A stretch of DNA of 64,000 nucleotides from an uncultured Trueperaceae bacterium (lineage in GTDB: Bacteria > Deinococcota > Deinococci > Deinococcales > Trueperaceae): the NCBI GenBank assembly GCA_963799485.1, contig CAWCXJ010000001.1:192001-256000 (forward strand), in the 5' to 3' direction. Both the position numbers and the translations under genes were made by a program. Positions 61,450 to 64,000 of the stretch are shown piece after piece. Every line of letters starts with the position of its first letter. Position 1 is the stretch's first letter. The notes under the pieces were generated by a model, which saw nothing but the letters and a program-made list of their open reading frames with translations, was not told where the DNA came from and did not search any database.

Positions 61450-62309
61450 GGTGTAGGCGGCGCACCCTCGAGCCCCCCCTTCTTTACCCTAAGTTCACTC
61501 AGCAGCATCGCCACCCCGACCAGCCCGGCCCCGACCCAGCCCCACACCTCGAGCCGTTCACCGAGCAGCAGGTAGGCGAACACTGCGGCGAAGACGGGCT
61601 CGAGCACAAAAATGAGCGCCGCCATATGTGCGCTCACGACGCGCTGCGCCCGCACCTGCAACACGGACACCAGCGCTGTCGCCACCGCGCCCAGATAAAC
61701 AAGCGACCAGACCGATCCGGCGCTTGGGCTGTTTAGCTGTCCAAGCTGCGGAACAGCCCAAATCCATGCGAGCAGCGCCATCAGCCAGAACTGCACGGCG
61801 GAGAGCTCGAGCGCCCCGTATTTCGGTGCCACTTCGCCCAGGTAGAGGATATAAAACGCGTAAAAGACGGCGGTTCCCAAAATCCATAAATCGCCTGCCG
61901 TAACTCCCTGCACGCCTGTCAAACTCATCAGTCCGAGACCGACCAGGGCGACCGCCGCTGCCAGATACGCCCGTGCTGGAATACTATGACGAAACCACAG
62001 GGCACTAAAAAGGGGCGTCAGAATCACGCTTAAGCCGGTGATAAAGGCGGCTTTCGAGGCGGTGGTGCTGACCAAACCGATGGTTTGAGTGGCAAAGCCC
62101 AGAAACGACAACACGCCCAAAATCAGGCCCGGTACAAGAGCTTTTCGGCTCGGTCTGACCCAGGCAAAAAGCAGCGCCGCGACCGAAAAGCGCAGGGCCA
62201 GCAAGGGCGCAGGAGAGACGGTGGCGACGGTTTCCTTGACGATGACGAAGGTCGTCCCCCAGATGAAGGTAATCAGGACGAGGGTAGAGATACCGAGTGG
62301 ACGGGGCAT
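61443..62309 (-). CDS. DMT/EamA transporter
   Basis: IWGTTF, LRF, AAFITGL, LEPVFAA. Confidence 0.93.
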   Translation of the reverse strand: MPRPLGISTLVLITFIWGTTFVIVKETVATVSPAPLLALRFSVAALLFAWVRPSRKALVPGLILGVLSFLGFATQTIGLVSTTASKAAFITGLSVILTPLFSALWFRHSIPARAYLAAAVALVGLGLMSLTGVQGVTAGDLWILGTAVFYAFYILYLGEVAPKYGALELSAVQFWLMALLAWIWAVPQLGQLNSPSAGSVWSLVYLGAVATALVSVLQVRAQRVVSAHMAALIFVLEPVFAAVFAYLLLGERLEVWGWVGAGLVGVAMLLSELRVKKGGLEGAPPTPH

Positions 62310-62361
62310 AGAGCTGATTGTATAAGGCTGATTGTGTCACGGCGAGGCTCTACAATAGGTC

Positions 62362-62841
62362 ATGAGCGTTTTGGACGGGTTACGGATCGGTTTCGGTGAA
62401 GACGCGCACGCGCTGATAGCCGACAGACGGCTGGTACTCGGCGGCGTCGAGGTGCCGAGTTTGCGCGGGGCGGCGGCGCACTCGGACGGGGACGCACTGC
62501 TGCACGCGCTCGCCGACGCACTCCTGTCGAGCCTCGCGCTAGGCGACATCGGCGTCTATTACCCACCCTCCGACCCGGCTTTTAGGAACATGGACAGCCG
62601 CGAAATCGTCTCACGCTGCTTGGGGACGCTGCACTCGAGAGAAGCCGAACTCGTCAACGTCGCGCTCGTCGTGACGCTCGACACACCCAAGCTCGGCCCC
62701 TACCGCGCCGATATTGCGGGCAGCGTGGCAGCGCTGCTCAAGCTGTCCCCCGAACGCGTCGGCCTCGGTTTCAAAACGAGCGAAGGGCTTGCGCCGGGTC
62801 ACGTGCAGGCGCGGGCGACGGTGCTCGTCAGGGTGCGCTGA
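62362..62841 (+). CDS. ispF: 2-C-methyl-D-erythritol 2,4-cyclodiphosphate synthase
   Basis: [34 protein letters not shown]. Confidence 0.95.
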   Translation: MSVLDGLRIGFGEDAHALIADRRLVLGGVEVPSLRGAAAHSDGDALLHALADALLSSLALGDIGVYYPPSDPAFRNMDSREIVSRCLGTLHSREAELVNVALVVTLDTPKLGPYRADIAGSVAALLKLSPERVGLGFKTSEGLAPGHVQARATVLVRVR

Positions 62842-64000
62842 CGCTTGCTTCGGTCAAGTCTTGCAGGGCGTGAACGGTTAAAGGCTGCTTCTGAAGGGCG
62901 CTTAGGGCTTTGACAAACCAGCGGGCGGCGTCGGCGGTGGTGACGTAAGGAACGCCGGACTCGAGCCCCCTTCTCAGCTCCTGGGTATGGTCGGTGTCAA
63001 TGAGCAAATCGTACTCGGGTTCCGCAGAGGTTGACTCGGTGATGAGAGTAAAACCGAGGGTCTCGAGCTCAGCTTTTACGGCGTCTAAACCGTCACCTAA
63101 AACGAGCGCGGTACCCGCCTTCGGCAGCTTGACGTTCGCGCCCAGTAGCGCTTTGGCGTACGCCATATACGGGTCGGGGTCGGTGCCCATACTTTCACCC
63201 GTCGAGCGCATCTCCGGCCCCAACACCGGTAAGATATTCTTAAACTTGAGAAACGGCAAGACGACCTCTTTGGCGCTGTAAAACGTCGGTTTCGGCGTTT
63301 CGGTAAAGCCCAGCTCCTCGAGCGTCTTTCCGGCGGCGATGAGCGCAGCGTACTTGGCTAAAGGGTGCCCGATGGCTTTGGACAGGTACGGCACGGTGCG
63401 GCTGGCTCTCGGGTTCGCCTCAATCACGAGGACTTGTCCGTCTTTAATCACGTACTGAATGTTGATGAGGCCGCGCACGCCAATCGCCTCAGCAAGTTTG
63501 ACGCTGTAGTCGAGCAGGGTCTGGACAACTTCCGCGCTCAAGTTTACGGGCGGCGTGATGCACGCCGAATCGCCCGAATGGACGCCCGCGCCCTCGATAT
63601 GCTCCATCACACCTGCGACGACGACCCGTTCGCCGTCGGCGAGGGCGTCCACGTCCACCTCTTGCGCCCCGGCGATAAAGTCGTCAACTAAAATGGACGG
63701 ATTTCCCGGCAGTTCGGCGTAAATCTCGGCTAAATAGCGCTCGAGCTCCGCCTCGCTGTAAACCACCTGCATCGCCCGCCCACCCAGCACAAAAGACGGC
63801 CTGACCATCACCGGGTAGCCGATGCCTTCGGCAAGTTTTACGGCGTCTTCGGGTTTTACGGCGACGCCCCCGGCGGGTTGCGGAATGTCTAGGCGTTCGC
63901 AAAGCCGGTGAAACGAGTTGCGGTCTTCAGCTTCAAAAATCGCCTGCGCGGGTGTTCCCCAAATCGGCACGCCCGCGTCGGTCAAGGGCTGCGCGAGTCT
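62828..64000 (-). CDS. carB: Carbamoyl-phosphate synthase large subunit, C-terminal part (enters from window end)
   Basis: [46 protein letters not shown]. Confidence 0.96.
   Translation of the reverse strand, partial: RLAQPLTDAGVPIWGTPAQAIFEAEDRNSFHRLCERLDIPQPAGGVAVKPEDAVKLAEGIGYPVMVRPSFVLGGRAMQVVYSEAELERYLAEIYAELPGNPSILVDDFIAGAQEVDVDALADGERVVVAGVMEHIEGAGVHSGDSACITPPVNLSAEVVQTLLDYSVKLAEAIGVRGLINIQYVIKDGQVLVIEANPRASRTVPYLSKAIGHPLAKYAALIAAGKTLEELGFTETPKPTFYSAKEVVLPFLKFKNILPVLGPEMRSTGESMGTDPDPYMAYAKALLGANVKLPKAGTALVLGDGLDAVKAELETLGFTLITESTSAEPEYDLLIDTDHTQELRRGLESGVPYVTTADAARWFVKALSALQKQPLTVHALQDLTEASVSAP

Overview
This is a high-GC chromosomal window, most likely from a Deinococcota (Truepera-like) genome. 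That assignment is inferred from gene style, many leaderless TAnnnT-N5-7-ATG starts and a strongly iterated CTCGAG palindrome. In order it contains: the 5' part of glgC; a decayed IS982-like element; a Met-rich copper-type island with its own two-component system; lpdA; a PAP2 phosphatase; an orphan Mrr-like endonuclease; leuS with a Leu leader-peptide attenuator; two low-GC orphan genes; a Sak4-like AAA_24 ATPase; ribokinase plus a reductive pyrimidine operon (preT, preA, hydA, NMT1-type ABC) interrupted by DUF29 and VapBC; tRNA-Ile2; a lytic transglycosylase; Zn-ADH; HxlR/wrbA; kynB-kynU; nested IS remnants; a second SHOCT/two-component module; dodecin; an FGGY kinase; PadR-HAAS; a sugar epimerase; MoxR-DUF58; an AraC-linked cyclitol/keto-sugar cluster; IS1/IS1595 remnants; an MtlR/HEPN-like gene; EamA; ispF; and the 3' part of carB. 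The most unusual signals are (1) an ABC permease carrying about 310 aa of nested phage-tail-like beta repeats, (2) an unannotated leaderless Leu attenuator before leuS, (3) a structured leader with a uORF before the pyrimidine operon, (4) HIP-like CTCGAG iteration, and (5) a stand-alone phage-type annealase. No CRISPR array, rRNA or prophage was seen. All family calls come from motif recognition, not database searches.
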